Source: an uncultured Planctomycetia bacterium
Lineage (GTDB): Bacteria > Omnitrophota > Gorgyraeia > Gorgyraeales > Gorgyraeaceae
Length of the DNA: 64,000 nucleotides
Assembly (NCBI GenBank): GCA_964415355.1
Contig: CAYPYS010000004.1
Location: 27,220 to 91,219 of the forward strand
Reading direction: 5' to 3'
Below the pieces are notes generated by a model that did no database searches, was not told where the DNA came from, and worked only from the letters and a program-made list of their open reading frames with translations. The translations under genes were made by a program, and so were the position numbers. Below, in pieces: positions 1-9,663 of the stretch (positions are counted from its first letter, which is position 1; every line of letters starts with the position of its first letter).

Positions 1-2
1 TT

Positions 3-551
3 GGTTTTTTAGGAGTAGAGGATAGCGAACCTAACGCTGTCATGCATGAACTGGCAATCAAAGGAAGAATAAAGCTTGCGTTATCTGCCGCCTGGCAACA
101 TATCCTGAACCCCGCATATATAAACAGGTCTTTATTTGAAACTTTATTTGCTTACTGGACGACCTATTTAATACGATATAATTTTATCTACCTATGGCAC
201 TATATAGGATGGGAAGAAAATCATATAATATCTATATTAAAAAATGAATATGGTTGGGAGACTGAAAAAGATACGCTACTTACCTGGAGGACTGATGACG
301 GAACTTCTCCATTTTATAATTATATATATTGTACCGTAGCTGGCTTTACAGAAAATGACGCCTTTCGCAGCAATCAGATAAGAGAAGGCATGCTTACTAG
401 AGATGAGGCATTAAGGATCATATCGGAAGAAAACAAACCGCGCCATGACTCCATAAGACGCTATCTAGCAAAAATAGGACTTAACTATAACGAGGTAATG
501 GAAAAAATCAACGCTATCCCTAAGTTGTATAAAGAATCTTCTTATGAATAA
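3..551 (+). CDS. C-terminal part of an N-acetyl-sugar amidotransferase-like (WbpG/PseA-type) protein, truncated by the window edge
   Basis: Frame is open from position 3. Motifs LWHYIGWEE, YGWE and RSNQIREGMLTRDEAL resemble the C-terminus of this family. Confidence 0.55.
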   Translation, partial: GFLGVEDSEPNAVMHELAIKGRIKLALSAAWQHILNPAYINRSLFETLFAYWTTYLIRYNFIYLWHYIGWEENHIISILKNEYGWETEKDTLLTWRTDDGTSPFYNYIYCTVAGFTENDAFRSNQIREGMLTRDEALRIISEENKPRHDSIRRYLAKIGLNYNEVMEKINAIPKLYKESSYE

Positions 552-1287
552 AACGCAAACAATCTATCTTTTAATTATTTTTATCTTTATGGGTCTGATA
601 TATTTTGCTACATCTTATTTTTCTCAACCTGAAGATATGCTTAAGGTTTACGGGGATATTTTCTACGATGATTACAATGGGGGCGATATCGTAATATTTT
701 GGCGTAAAGATTTAAAAAGAGGTAAACCTGTGGATAGAAATAACCCGTATATTGTCAATGGGCTTCCTGCTAAATATAAAATTTATGTTCCAAGATCTGT
801 TGGAAGTTTTTATGTGTCTGCCCGCTGTATACCGCCTAATAGCACTACCAAAAAATATTCCACTGCATATTTTGTCTCTGACCTGATAACTATTGGTCCT
901 AAAAATGACGGGGTCCATATTGATGTCCACTTAACGACAAGGAAGATGCTGATGGATTCCTACGCAGGCGCAAAGGTAAAAATATCAGGAAGGATCATAT
1001 ATGAAAACTATAAAAAGGGACAGATCGGTATTGCTGTAGAAAGTCCGGAGAATCATAAAAAAGTTTACCTGCCTCCTGATATAGCCCGTAAATTTTACCG
1101 CCTTCCAGGGGTTTATAGCATCGAAATCCCTATTAACGCTGGAGAGGTATATGTCAAGGCTCTGAATTATCCTGACCATAAAGAAATTGCAGGAGATACG
1201 CCGGGAGTTATTTATTCTAGCTATGAATATAACCCTATAAAAGTAGAATCATCTAATATTGAAAATATAGATATTACTCTAAAATAA
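544..1287 (+). CDS. Exported or membrane-anchored hypothetical protein with two copies of a beta-rich repeat domain
   Basis: N-terminal hydrophobic segment. Two GxIxYxxYxxGxIxI...Y/FxIxV/IP..G..Y..A units; paralogous to 3782..4246 and 6901..7677. Confidence 0.7.
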   Translation: MNKTQTIYLLIIFIFMGLIYFATSYFSQPEDMLKVYGDIFYDDYNGGDIVIFWRKDLKRGKPVDRNNPYIVNGLPAKYKIYVPRSVGSFYVSARCIPPNSTTKKYSTAYFVSDLITIGPKNDGVHIDVHLTTRKMLMDSYAGAKVKISGRIIYENYKKGQIGIAVESPENHKKVYLPPDIARKFYRLPGVYSIEIPINAGEVYVKALNYPDHKEIAGDTPGVIYSSYEYNPIKVESSNIENIDITLK

Positions 1288-1333
1288 TGGCTAATTTATC
1301 AAAAATCAACAACATATCCCCCCGCGCATACCA

Positions 1334-2689
1334 ATGAAGGCAATATCCTTGAGACAAAAAATAGCCTTAATTCTATTCGGCCTGTATAGCTCCGTAATCC
1401 TTCTCGAACTAGGTCTGCGACTAGGGGGATTTCTATGCTTATCTTTACAAGAATATAGAAACAAGGTCTCCTTAACACAAGCTGGAACATACCGCATAAT
1501 GTGTTTAGGCGAATCTACCACTGCGGTTGGAAAAGAATATTCTTATCCCAGTCAGCTCGAAAATATTTTAAATCAGAGGAACATCGGCATAAAATTTGCG
1601 GTGATAAACAAGGGATTGAGCGGAACAACCACGGGAAGCATAGTATCGCACCTAGAAGATAATCTTAAAAAATATAGCCCTGATATGGTCATTACGATGA
1701 TGGGTATAAACGACGGCAGGCATATGCACGCAGACCGCGAGATAAACAATATGAAATATGAAAATCTTGATACCAAGAAAGTTTTATTGATATTCAGATC
1801 ATCAAGATTATACAAACTAATAAAACTCATCCAGCTTAACATTATACATAAATTAGGAGAAAAAAAAGGGACTGTTCCCCCAGAAGAGATTAAGTTAAAA
1901 AATCTTATAAATTACAAACAGGCAGAAAAAATGTATACGGAGATTATAGCAACGGATCCCGAAAACGACAGAGCGTGTTTCGAATTAGCGCAACTTTATA
2001 TGGATGATGAAAGATATGAAAAGGCCAGGGAGATGTGCGAAAGGGCCATAGAGATAAATCCTCGCAACGATTGGGCCTATTTAGTATTAGGGATCTGCTC
2101 TAAGAAAAAAATTCCGCATGAGGAAACGGCAAAGCTATTCAGAAAAACTTTGGAAATAAATTCAAGTAACTATAGGGCATATATTGAATTAGGGCTGTTG
2201 CATAAGGCTACTGGAGAATATTATAAATGCGAAGAGGTATTTAAAAAAGCTATAAAAATAAGGCCATGGGATGAATTTGCTTATGCAGCATTAATACAAT
2301 GCTATGAGGACCAAGGAAAACATAAGCTAGCCAAAGAATATTCTGGTCTGTTAGATATATTAGGATACGAGTATTATAATCCTGTAACCCACTATAATTA
2401 TCGCAAGCTTAAAGATATAGTAACCCACCACGGAATAAAGCTTGTGTGTGTACAATATCCGGTCCGTAGTTTAGAGTCTTTAAAAAAACTACTAGAACCA
2501 TATGAAAATATTATTTTCGTAGATAATGAAAAGATATTTAAAAATGCGATCAAAAAATCAAGCTACGATGAATATTTTATAGATATATTCGGAGGCAATT
2601 TTGGACATTGTACGCCCAAGGGGGATAGGCTTTTAGCCGAAAATATTGCAAATGCTATCTGTGAAGAAGTAGCCTTCATGAATGAATAA
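1334..2689 (+). CDS. Membrane-anchored SGNH/GDSL-like hydrolase with inserted TPR repeats
   Basis: N-terminal TM helix; blocks CLGESTT, NKGLSG, GIND and GHCT; several TPR helices in the middle of the protein. Confidence 0.75.
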   Translation: MKAISLRQKIALILFGLYSSVILLELGLRLGGFLCLSLQEYRNKVSLTQAGTYRIMCLGESTTAVGKEYSYPSQLENILNQRNIGIKFAVINKGLSGTTTGSIVSHLEDNLKKYSPDMVITMMGINDGRHMHADREINNMKYENLDTKKVLLIFRSSRLYKLIKLIQLNIIHKLGEKKGTVPPEEIKLKNLINYKQAEKMYTEIIATDPENDRACFELAQLYMDDERYEKAREMCERAIEINPRNDWAYLVLGICSKKKIPHEETAKLFRKTLEINSSNYRAYIELGLLHKATGEYYKCEEVFKKAIKIRPWDEFAYAALIQCYEDQGKHKLAKEYSGLLDILGYEYYNPVTHYNYRKLKDIVTHHGIKLVCVQYPVRSLESLKKLLEPYENIIFVDNEKIFKNAIKKSSYDEYFIDIFGGNFGHCTPKGDRLLAENIANAICEEVAFMNE

Positions 2690-2699
2690 ATTTATTACA

Positions 2700-2728
2700 T
2701 TGCATAGCGATTTGGCGGTTGATACAAT
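2700..2728 (+). promoter_or_regulatory. Putative sigma70 promoter
   Basis: TTGCAT-17 nt-TACAAT with a TGn extension, in the gap before 2772. Confidence 0.5.
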
Positions 2729-2771
2729 ATAGGTAAGCTACAAATAGGAATAGAAAATTAAAAATTTAAGC

Positions 2772-3785
2772 ATGCTGGCAGATATAAACTTTATCTTATT
2801 CTTTATAGCCGTAACTCTGGCTGTAATTTTACTCGCGTTTCATTCCTATCTGACAAATGGTAAGCGGGTAACCTTCACCTTCTTCCTGTTTGCTTTCATC
2901 TGGGCTTTTATGAAAGAAAGCGCCCTGCCATTTTCTCCGATGTCTCCTTATGAATTTCTATTAGAAAATATTTCCATGACCCTGGTAATATTCACGGTTA
3001 TCTTTGGCTGGTTATTTACATTTTATATAAGCTGGCGTATAGCTGACAATATACTTGAAAGAATAGTATTTTTTAAAAAAAGTCTCTTTATGACATTGCT
3101 ATTGGGCATGTGGATTACAGCATCCATATCTTACGCGGTTGAATCAACGGGTATACATACTGATTGGTGGAAATGGAAAATAGACTGTTTAAAATTCTCA
3201 GATTTTCTCGTGCCAGCCTACAGCTATAATGCAGCGGGAGGTTGGATAGATTTTTTTATATATTTTATGTTAGCCTATTTTTTGATAGAGTGCTCAAAAT
3301 ATAAGACTGCCGCATGGAAATCTATATTCTTTTTAATGCCAGTGGCCTTTGTATTATTCTTGAGGGACGTTATCATGGCCAGAATGCTTGTGATTACCGC
3401 TGTAATTGTACTGGCTTTCTTAAATCCTCTGAAGTTATCCTATGAAAAAAATAAGACGAAAACCCTTGCCAAGTACTCGAGTATGATAGATTATCTGCCA
3501 CTAGCAATGACGGTTTTTATGATATTAATTATTGGACTTATAGACATCCTAGTAATAAAACAACCTTTGTTGCTTTTTTCTAAACTACCGATTGCATTTT
3601 GCGTCCTTTTTGCGATAAAAGAAATACCGTTTGTCGCCTTGGTTATATTATCCATTATTCTGCTTGCCCTTGGGGGCAAACTGGTTATTCCGGCTCTCAT
3701 TTTAACAATCTTTATTCTGTTATTAAAAATAATGGATTGGCTGCAAGTCCAGAAAAACAATCTATACGCTAAAATAATAAAGTGA
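2772..3785 (+). CDS. Polytopic membrane protein, CruF/DUF422-like paralog 1
   Basis: About 10 hydrophobic segments; motifs HSY..G...T..FF, KE, GW..FY..W, YAVEST...WWKW and FLIECS are shared with four genes at 23.4-27.5 kb. Family name is tentative. Confidence 0.55.
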   Translation: MLADINFILFFIAVTLAVILLAFHSYLTNGKRVTFTFFLFAFIWAFMKESALPFSPMSPYEFLLENISMTLVIFTVIFGWLFTFYISWRIADNILERIVFFKKSLFMTLLLGMWITASISYAVESTGIHTDWWKWKIDCLKFSDFLVPAYSYNAAGGWIDFFIYFMLAYFLIECSKYKTAAWKSIFFLMPVAFVLFLRDVIMARMLVITAVIVLAFLNPLKLSYEKNKTKTLAKYSSMIDYLPLAMTVFMILIIGLIDILVIKQPLLLFSKLPIAFCVLFAIKEIPFVALVILSIILLALGGKLVIPALILTIFILLLKIMDWLQVQKNNLYAKIIK

Positions 3786-4246
3786 AAAATTTGTATATTC
3801 TTAAGCTAAAGTTACGTTTTATAAAAATTTTTTATACTATGTGCGTGTCTTTTTTAATTATCCTTTCACATTTCATATTGAGTCCGTATAATATTTTTAC
3901 ATTTTTAAGGTACGGCAGAGAAAAAATAACGATATCTGGAAAAGTCGTTTTTGACAACTACGCAAACGGTATAATAAAGATCGGAGCCTGGAGCAATGCG
4001 CTTAACAAAAGACAACCTATGCATCCGCCTGATATATCAAGAACAAAGATATTTAAACCCGGTTCGTTTCAACTCCCTGTCCCCAAGGATAGCGGGTTAA
4101 TCTACCTGTATGCTGTAAGCATGCCCAGGGAATTGCCTTTTTGGATAAGAGATCACCGACATAATTACCCTTTTGGTAGCTATAAAAATAACCCCTTGGA
4201 AGTCAAGGCATCTGATATAAAAGGGGTGCTTGTTGTAATAAAATAA
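3782..4246 (+). CDS. Exported or membrane-anchored hypothetical protein, single beta-rich domain
   Basis: ISGKVVFDNYANGIIKI...PPDI...PGSFQLPVP...GSYKNNPLEV aligns with the second domain of 544..1287. Confidence 0.65.
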   Translation: MKNLYILKLKLRFIKIFYTMCVSFLIILSHFILSPYNIFTFLRYGREKITISGKVVFDNYANGIIKIGAWSNALNKRQPMHPPDISRTKIFKPGSFQLPVPKDSGLIYLYAVSMPRELPFWIRDHRHNYPFGSYKNNPLEVKASDIKGVLVVIK

Positions 4247-4257
4247 GGGAGATTTCA

Positions 4258-5439
4258 TTGAAACTATCAGTGCCTTTCAATGGCCAAAACGATCTTATAT
4301 CTAGGCTGAAAAAATATCCGGAGGTCACAGAACTCTATAGTAAATTAGCTTCTGATTTTATCGGAGGAGGAAAACATTCCTTCCAAATACCTTCTATATC
4401 CAAGAAAAAATTGGCCTGCAATATCAAGCAGGCTCATGAATACAAATTAAAATTTAACTATCTTTTAAACGCCAGCTGCCTCAATAACATGGAATGGACT
4501 ATTGCTGGCCAAAAAAAAATAACCCGACTCATCGAGTGGCTTGCCGGATTAAAAGTAGACGCGCTTACTGTGGCAACGCCCTACCTCTTGGAATTAATCA
4601 AAAAACGGTACCCTATGTTTAAAGTATGCGTCTCTGATTTAGCATATGTCAATTCCCTACAAAGGGCAAAACACTGGGAAAATTTAGGGGCGGATCGTAT
4701 CACCCTTTTTAACATCGATCTGAACAGGAATTTTACCCTACTTGAAGATATAAGAAAAAACATCAAGTGCGAATTAAAGCTCATTTTAAACGTAAATTGT
4801 CTATACGGGTGTCCTTTTTATATGTATCATGCAAACCTATCTTCCCATGCCTCTCAGTCCGAACATATTCTGAAAGGCTTTGTCATCGACTATTGCCGTA
4901 TAAAGTGTAGATATCAACAGATTATAGATCCAGTGGATTTTATACGAAGCACCTGGATAAGACCGGAGGATGTTGGCCATTATGAAAAAATAGGCATAGA
5001 CTTTTTTAAAATAATAGACCGTGGCATGACTACCCAAACGATAGCGTCCATAGTGAAAGCTTATATCAACAGAAACCACAGCGGCAACTTATTAGACCTA
5101 TTTCCTGATCCTTCAAAGAGCGTAATGTTTGCAAAAAAGGGACTGTCCACAAAAATTAAATATTTCCTGCGGCCGCTTACGGTTAATGTATTTAGATTGA
5201 GAAAATTTGCGAATCTATTCACAAATGCTATCTATATCGACAATAAAAAATTGGATGGTTTTATAGAAAATCTGAAAGATCAAAAATGCGGCAGGCAATC
5301 ATGCGAAGAATGCCAATATTGCCACGAGATGAGCAAAAAGGCGGTCTATATAAACGAAAAGGCCTGTAAAAAAATAAAAAAGCACTACGAAGCCTGTTTA
5401 AAAGACATTGTTTCAGGAAAGCTCTTCAGGTATTTCTAG
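4258..5439 (+). CDS. U32-family Fe-S protein (UbiU/TrhP/RlhA superfamily)
   Basis: FNYLLNASC, NVNCLYGCP, DYC...C, STWIRPED, IGIDFFKIIDR and a C-terminal Cys cluster. TTG start after an AAGGGAG RBS. Confidence 0.8.
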   Translation: MKLSVPFNGQNDLISRLKKYPEVTELYSKLASDFIGGGKHSFQIPSISKKKLACNIKQAHEYKLKFNYLLNASCLNNMEWTIAGQKKITRLIEWLAGLKVDALTVATPYLLELIKKRYPMFKVCVSDLAYVNSLQRAKHWENLGADRITLFNIDLNRNFTLLEDIRKNIKCELKLILNVNCLYGCPFYMYHANLSSHASQSEHILKGFVIDYCRIKCRYQQIIDPVDFIRSTWIRPEDVGHYEKIGIDFFKIIDRGMTTQTIASIVKAYINRNHSGNLLDLFPDPSKSVMFAKKGLSTKIKYFLRPLTVNVFRLRKFANLFTNAIYIDNKKLDGFIENLKDQKCGRQSCEECQYCHEMSKKAVYINEKACKKIKKHYEACLKDIVSGKLFRYF

Positions 5440-5453
5440 ATAAAATAAACTTT

Positions 5454-6923
5454 ATGAAAGTAATTTTAATAAATCCATTATCTGAATTGGCAGAAACAAG
5501 CGACGCTTATTATCATTCTGTTTCTCCGCTTCCACCTTTGGGGCTAGCCTATCTGTCTTCGGCTTTAAAAAATAACGGTTTCGAGGTCTCAGTAGAAGAC
5601 CAATACGCTAGCAGGTTGAGCAATGAGAGACTTATAAAAAAAATAAAAAATGCGTCCCCGCAAGTCGTAGGATTTTCCTGTCTCACAACAGCTATGGATA
5701 ATATAACAAGGTTTGCCAAAAAAATAAAAGCGTCTGATATAAAGACAAAGATCATTTTGGGAAATATCCACCCTACGATTTTCCCGGAGGAAACACTAAA
5801 AAGAGGAATAGCTGATATCGTCGTAAGGGGCGAAGGCGAGCAGACATTGACAGAGGCCATTGTCTCTCTGGATAAAGGGTATGACCTGGCTAATGTAAAG
5901 GGAATCAGTTATATCCGCAATGAGAAGATCATGCATAATCCTGACAGAGAAATTATTGAAGATTTAGACATGCTTTCGTATCCCGACTGGCATTCCCTGG
6001 ACTTAAGGAATTACAAAAACTACCCGCAATTGGGCATCTATAATAGGCTTGTTCTGCCTGTGCAGGCATCAAGGGGGTGCGCTTACGACTGCCTGTTTTG
6101 CTCACAAGATAAGATTTATAAAAAACCACGGTATAGAAATATAAAAAATGTAGTTAATGAAATAGAATATTACTATAAAGAATTCAAAATAGACTATATA
6201 GGTTTTAATGATGCCTATTTTCCTTTTTCGAAAACTTCCTGCTTAGAATTCTGCGATGAAATAATTCGGCGCAAACTGCATAAGAAGATAAAATGGTTCA
6301 CCGAAACACGGGTGGACATGGTTGATGTAGAATCTATCCGGCGTATGAAAGAAGCGGGTCTTTATTTAATTATGTATGGATTTGAAACAGGGAACCAAAA
6401 GGTTCTTGATGCTACAGGTAAAAAAACCACACTAATCCAAGCGAGAAAGGCCATAGAATACACCCGTAGATTTAAAATTCGCACTATGGGCCTATTTATG
6501 CTTGGGTTGCCTGCCGATACAAAAGATACATGCCGTGAAACTATTGGATTTGCCAAGGAACTTGATCCTGATATATGTAAGTTTAATATAGCTGTTCCAT
6601 ACCCGGGCTCTAAATTCTTTGATGAGCAGGATATTAAACTGAACAACATTTATAACGAAACCAATAGATACACAAGCTGGTCTGATTGGTCTTCCTATGA
6701 TGGCGAAATAATCTATAACCCGCCTTCGATGACTAAAAAGGAATTGCTAAATTTGCAAAGAAAAGGCATGTTTAGTTTTTATATGCGGCCCAAGATTATC
6801 TTAAGGTCACTTATTAAAAGAATCTTTTCTTTTCCTGATCTTTGGCATGGCGCTTGTCTTTTATTTAGAAACTATTTAAAAACACTGAAAGGAGGGAGAA
6901 ATGCAAAAAAATATCTTTCTTGA
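5454..6923 (+). CDS. B12-binding radical SAM enzyme (class B methyltransferase-like)
   Basis: PPLGLAYL and GNIHPT...RGEGE cobalamin-binding domain; SRGCAYDCLFC; GFETG; MLGLP; PYPGS. Confidence 0.9.
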   Translation: MKVILINPLSELAETSDAYYHSVSPLPPLGLAYLSSALKNNGFEVSVEDQYASRLSNERLIKKIKNASPQVVGFSCLTTAMDNITRFAKKIKASDIKTKIILGNIHPTIFPEETLKRGIADIVVRGEGEQTLTEAIVSLDKGYDLANVKGISYIRNEKIMHNPDREIIEDLDMLSYPDWHSLDLRNYKNYPQLGIYNRLVLPVQASRGCAYDCLFCSQDKIYKKPRYRNIKNVVNEIEYYYKEFKIDYIGFNDAYFPFSKTSCLEFCDEIIRRKLHKKIKWFTETRVDMVDVESIRRMKEAGLYLIMYGFETGNQKVLDATGKKTTLIQARKAIEYTRRFKIRTMGLFMLGLPADTKDTCRETIGFAKELDPDICKFNIAVPYPGSKFFDEQDIKLNNIYNETNRYTSWSDWSSYDGEIIYNPPSMTKKELLNLQRKGMFSFYMRPKIILRSLIKRIFSFPDLWHGACLLFRNYLKTLKGGRNAKKYLS

Positions 6924-7677
6924 TGCGCTTATCACTATAACAATTATTTTTATGAGCATCCAATTGTTTAATGCAAACATCGCTTGGTCTAAGCCAGTTC
7001 CTTCTGAAATCGCTGACAGCAAGACAATCACAGTCAAAGGCAGGATATACTATGATGATTATGATGAGCATAGAGGGGGATACATAATACTATATTGGGA
7101 GAGAATAGTGGGTCGTAGACCCATAGAGGAGAGCCAAGAGGGGGACCAGAAAAAGCCAATGGCAGGGCAGGACCAACCATTGGAAATAATAATCTTGACT
7201 GAACCAGGGGACTTTTCAATAGAAATCCCTAAAAATATGGGCATGGCATATCTAAGTGCCAAGTATCTAATAGATGAGGATTCCCCTGCAGAAGCTAGCG
7301 CTACTCATGAGATAATAGTAGGTTCAGACAACATGATAGTAGATCTACGGTTGGAAGAATGCAAAGAAATTGAATTTTATAAAGGACCCACGATAAAAAT
7401 TAGCGGCGAAGTTATCGTAAAGGATTATGAAATGGGCATTATACGCGTAGCATGCCCTGGCCTGGAGTTTCCAATCAAGCCTACAGATCTATTTGGCCCA
7501 GGGAAATATTCGCTAGAAGTACCTGTAGGAATTGGAAATGTAACGATTAAAGCTCTGAACATACCTGAGGATGATCCTGGTGAAGCAACCGGCGGTATGC
7601 CAGGTACACGCATAGGAACATATGATATATATGTAGAGACATATGATATCGACGGTGTAGATATCATGATAGAATAA
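6901..7677 (+). CDS. Secreted acidic hypothetical protein with two beta-rich repeat domains
   Basis: Signal-like N-terminus; VKGRIYYDDY...PGDFSIEIP and ISGEVIVKDY...PGKYSLEVP; GGAG RBS. Confidence 0.7.
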   Translation: MQKNIFLDALITITIIFMSIQLFNANIAWSKPVPSEIADSKTITVKGRIYYDDYDEHRGGYIILYWERIVGRRPIEESQEGDQKKPMAGQDQPLEIIILTEPGDFSIEIPKNMGMAYLSAKYLIDEDSPAEASATHEIIVGSDNMIVDLRLEECKEIEFYKGPTIKISGEVIVKDYEMGIIRVACPGLEFPIKPTDLFGPGKYSLEVPVGIGNVTIKALNIPEDDPGEATGGMPGTRIGTYDIYVETYDIDGVDIMIE

Positions 7678-7705
7678 AACTAGAATTTAAAAAGGCTGCC
7701 AATAT

Positions 7706-9628
7706 ATGTGTGGGATTGCGGGTATATTATCGTTGGGGTCCTCTCTTCATAATAAAGATATTGAAGAAGCAAAAAATATGACAGAGATGCTTAAGCACAG
7801 AGGACCCGATAGTTCTGATATTTTCAAAGACCAAAAATGCATCCTAGGCAACACGCGGTTAAAAATTATTGATCTATCTGACAACGCCCGCTTACCTATG
7901 TCCAACGAAAACCAAAGCATATGGTTAAACTATAATGGCGAGGTCACTAATTTTAAAGACTTGAAAGAAGAATTCCGTCTGGAGCAAACACATAAATTTC
8001 GCTCAACTTCTGACGCCGAAGTCTTAATCCATTTATACGAGGAGCTTGGTATAAATTTTTTAAAATATCTAACCGGGATGTTTGCATTTTGTCTTTATGA
8101 TAAAAATATCGGGAAGGCCTATCTTGTAAGGGATTTTTACGGAATAAGGCCTTTGTTTTATTTAATTAATAAAAATAAATTCTATTTTGCGTCTGAAATA
8201 AAATCATTTTTAGACCTTTCCTGCTTTAATAACAAGATAGATCATGAAGCTATTTATCATTTTCTTTCTCTAGCATATATACCTGGTAAATTAACTCCGT
8301 TTGAAGATATACATGAAATAGAAGGCGGACATCTGTTAGAAATAGATCTAATAAAAGGGGCCTTTGAAGAAAAAGAATATTATAAAATTGATTATACGCC
8401 TGATTACTCTTTTTCAGAAGAGGCTACCGCTAAAAAATTACATGAAATCTTATTGGACTCTGTCTATAGAAATCTGATATCGGATAGACCAGTAGGATTG
8501 ACGCTCTCAGGCGGGTTTGATACAAGCACGCTTCTTAGTTTGACTAAAGAACTAGGGAAAAGTCAGGATATACATACATATTCTATCAAAATGGGCGAGT
8601 CAAGCTTTGACGAGTCGCACTATCAAAGATTAATGGTTGATTTTGCGAAACCAATACATCATGAAATCGCTGTAAATCCTCAGGATGTATTAGAAGACCT
8701 TGTAAGGCATATGGCTTACATGGATGAACCAAGTGGAGACGGCGCAGCCATCCCTTCTTTTATCTTGGCCAAAGAAGCAAAAAAACATGTCTCAGTTCTT
8801 CTCTCTGGCGAAGGAGGGGACGAGGTCTTTAATGCCTATGAAACGCACATGGCATATAAAATGCGCAAATATTATATCAAACATACAGCCCCCTGGCTAA
8901 GAAATGCAATCAAGGCATTTGCCGACAAACTACCTATTTCCTATAAAAAACTGAGCATTGACTTTCTTATGAAGCGTTTTACGGCCGGCTCGGAAAAGAA
9001 CATTCCGGAAGCGCATTTTTTTTGGCGACATGTGCTTTCTGAAGAAGAGAAAAAAAAATTAATGCCCAATTATTCTAATTTTAAAAAAACTGATTCTTTC
9101 TTTACGGAATTATTTGATTACTTAAGATTTGATGATGATTTAAACAAATTGTCTCTAATCGATATTAAATATTATTTTGTCGGTGACCTAATGGTGAAAA
9201 ATGACAGGACAATAATGGCACATTCTGTTGAAGCTAGATTCCCTTATATGGATAGATATGTTGTGGAATATGCCAGCAGGATTCCAACCAATATGAAGAT
9301 AAAAGGATTTAAGGGGAGGTATATACAGAAATTAGCCATGAAGAACCGTTTGCCTAAACAGATATTCTATAGAAAGAATATGGGATTAGAAATGCCTCAT
9401 TCGATATGGTTTCTCAATGAATTCAAGGATGTGGCTGAAAAATACTTTTCCAAAAAAAATGTAGAAAAGATCGGGGTCTTAGATCATGCAATAATAAAGT
9501 CTCTCTGGGAAGAGCACCTTGGTTTCCGGAGAGATAATGGACGGGCGCTATGGTGTATACTCAACCTCTTGATATGGTTTGATCTATTTATTCACAAAAG
9601 AGACTATAAAAAATATCTAACTCATTAA
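7706..9628 (+). CDS. asnB: Asparagine synthase (glutamine-hydrolysing)-like amidotransferase
   Basis: MCGIAG, HRGPD, RLKIID, NGE, SGGFDTS, LSGEGGDE, VKNDR, EARFPY. Confidence 0.9.
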   Translation: MCGIAGILSLGSSLHNKDIEEAKNMTEMLKHRGPDSSDIFKDQKCILGNTRLKIIDLSDNARLPMSNENQSIWLNYNGEVTNFKDLKEEFRLEQTHKFRSTSDAEVLIHLYEELGINFLKYLTGMFAFCLYDKNIGKAYLVRDFYGIRPLFYLINKNKFYFASEIKSFLDLSCFNNKIDHEAIYHFLSLAYIPGKLTPFEDIHEIEGGHLLEIDLIKGAFEEKEYYKIDYTPDYSFSEEATAKKLHEILLDSVYRNLISDRPVGLTLSGGFDTSTLLSLTKELGKSQDIHTYSIKMGESSFDESHYQRLMVDFAKPIHHEIAVNPQDVLEDLVRHMAYMDEPSGDGAAIPSFILAKEAKKHVSVLLSGEGGDEVFNAYETHMAYKMRKYYIKHTAPWLRNAIKAFADKLPISYKKLSIDFLMKRFTAGSEKNIPEAHFFWRHVLSEEEKKKLMPNYSNFKKTDSFFTELFDYLRFDDDLNKLSLIDIKYYFVGDLMVKNDRTIMAHSVEARFPYMDRYVVEYASRIPTNMKIKGFKGRYIQKLAMKNRLPKQIFYRKNMGLEMPHSIWFLNEFKDVAEKYFSKKNVEKIGVLDHAIIKSLWEEHLGFRRDNGRALWCILNLLIWFDLFIHKRDYKKYLTH

Positions 9629-9663
9629 AATATACGGAACTATCTTATTTCTATAGTCTTGGA

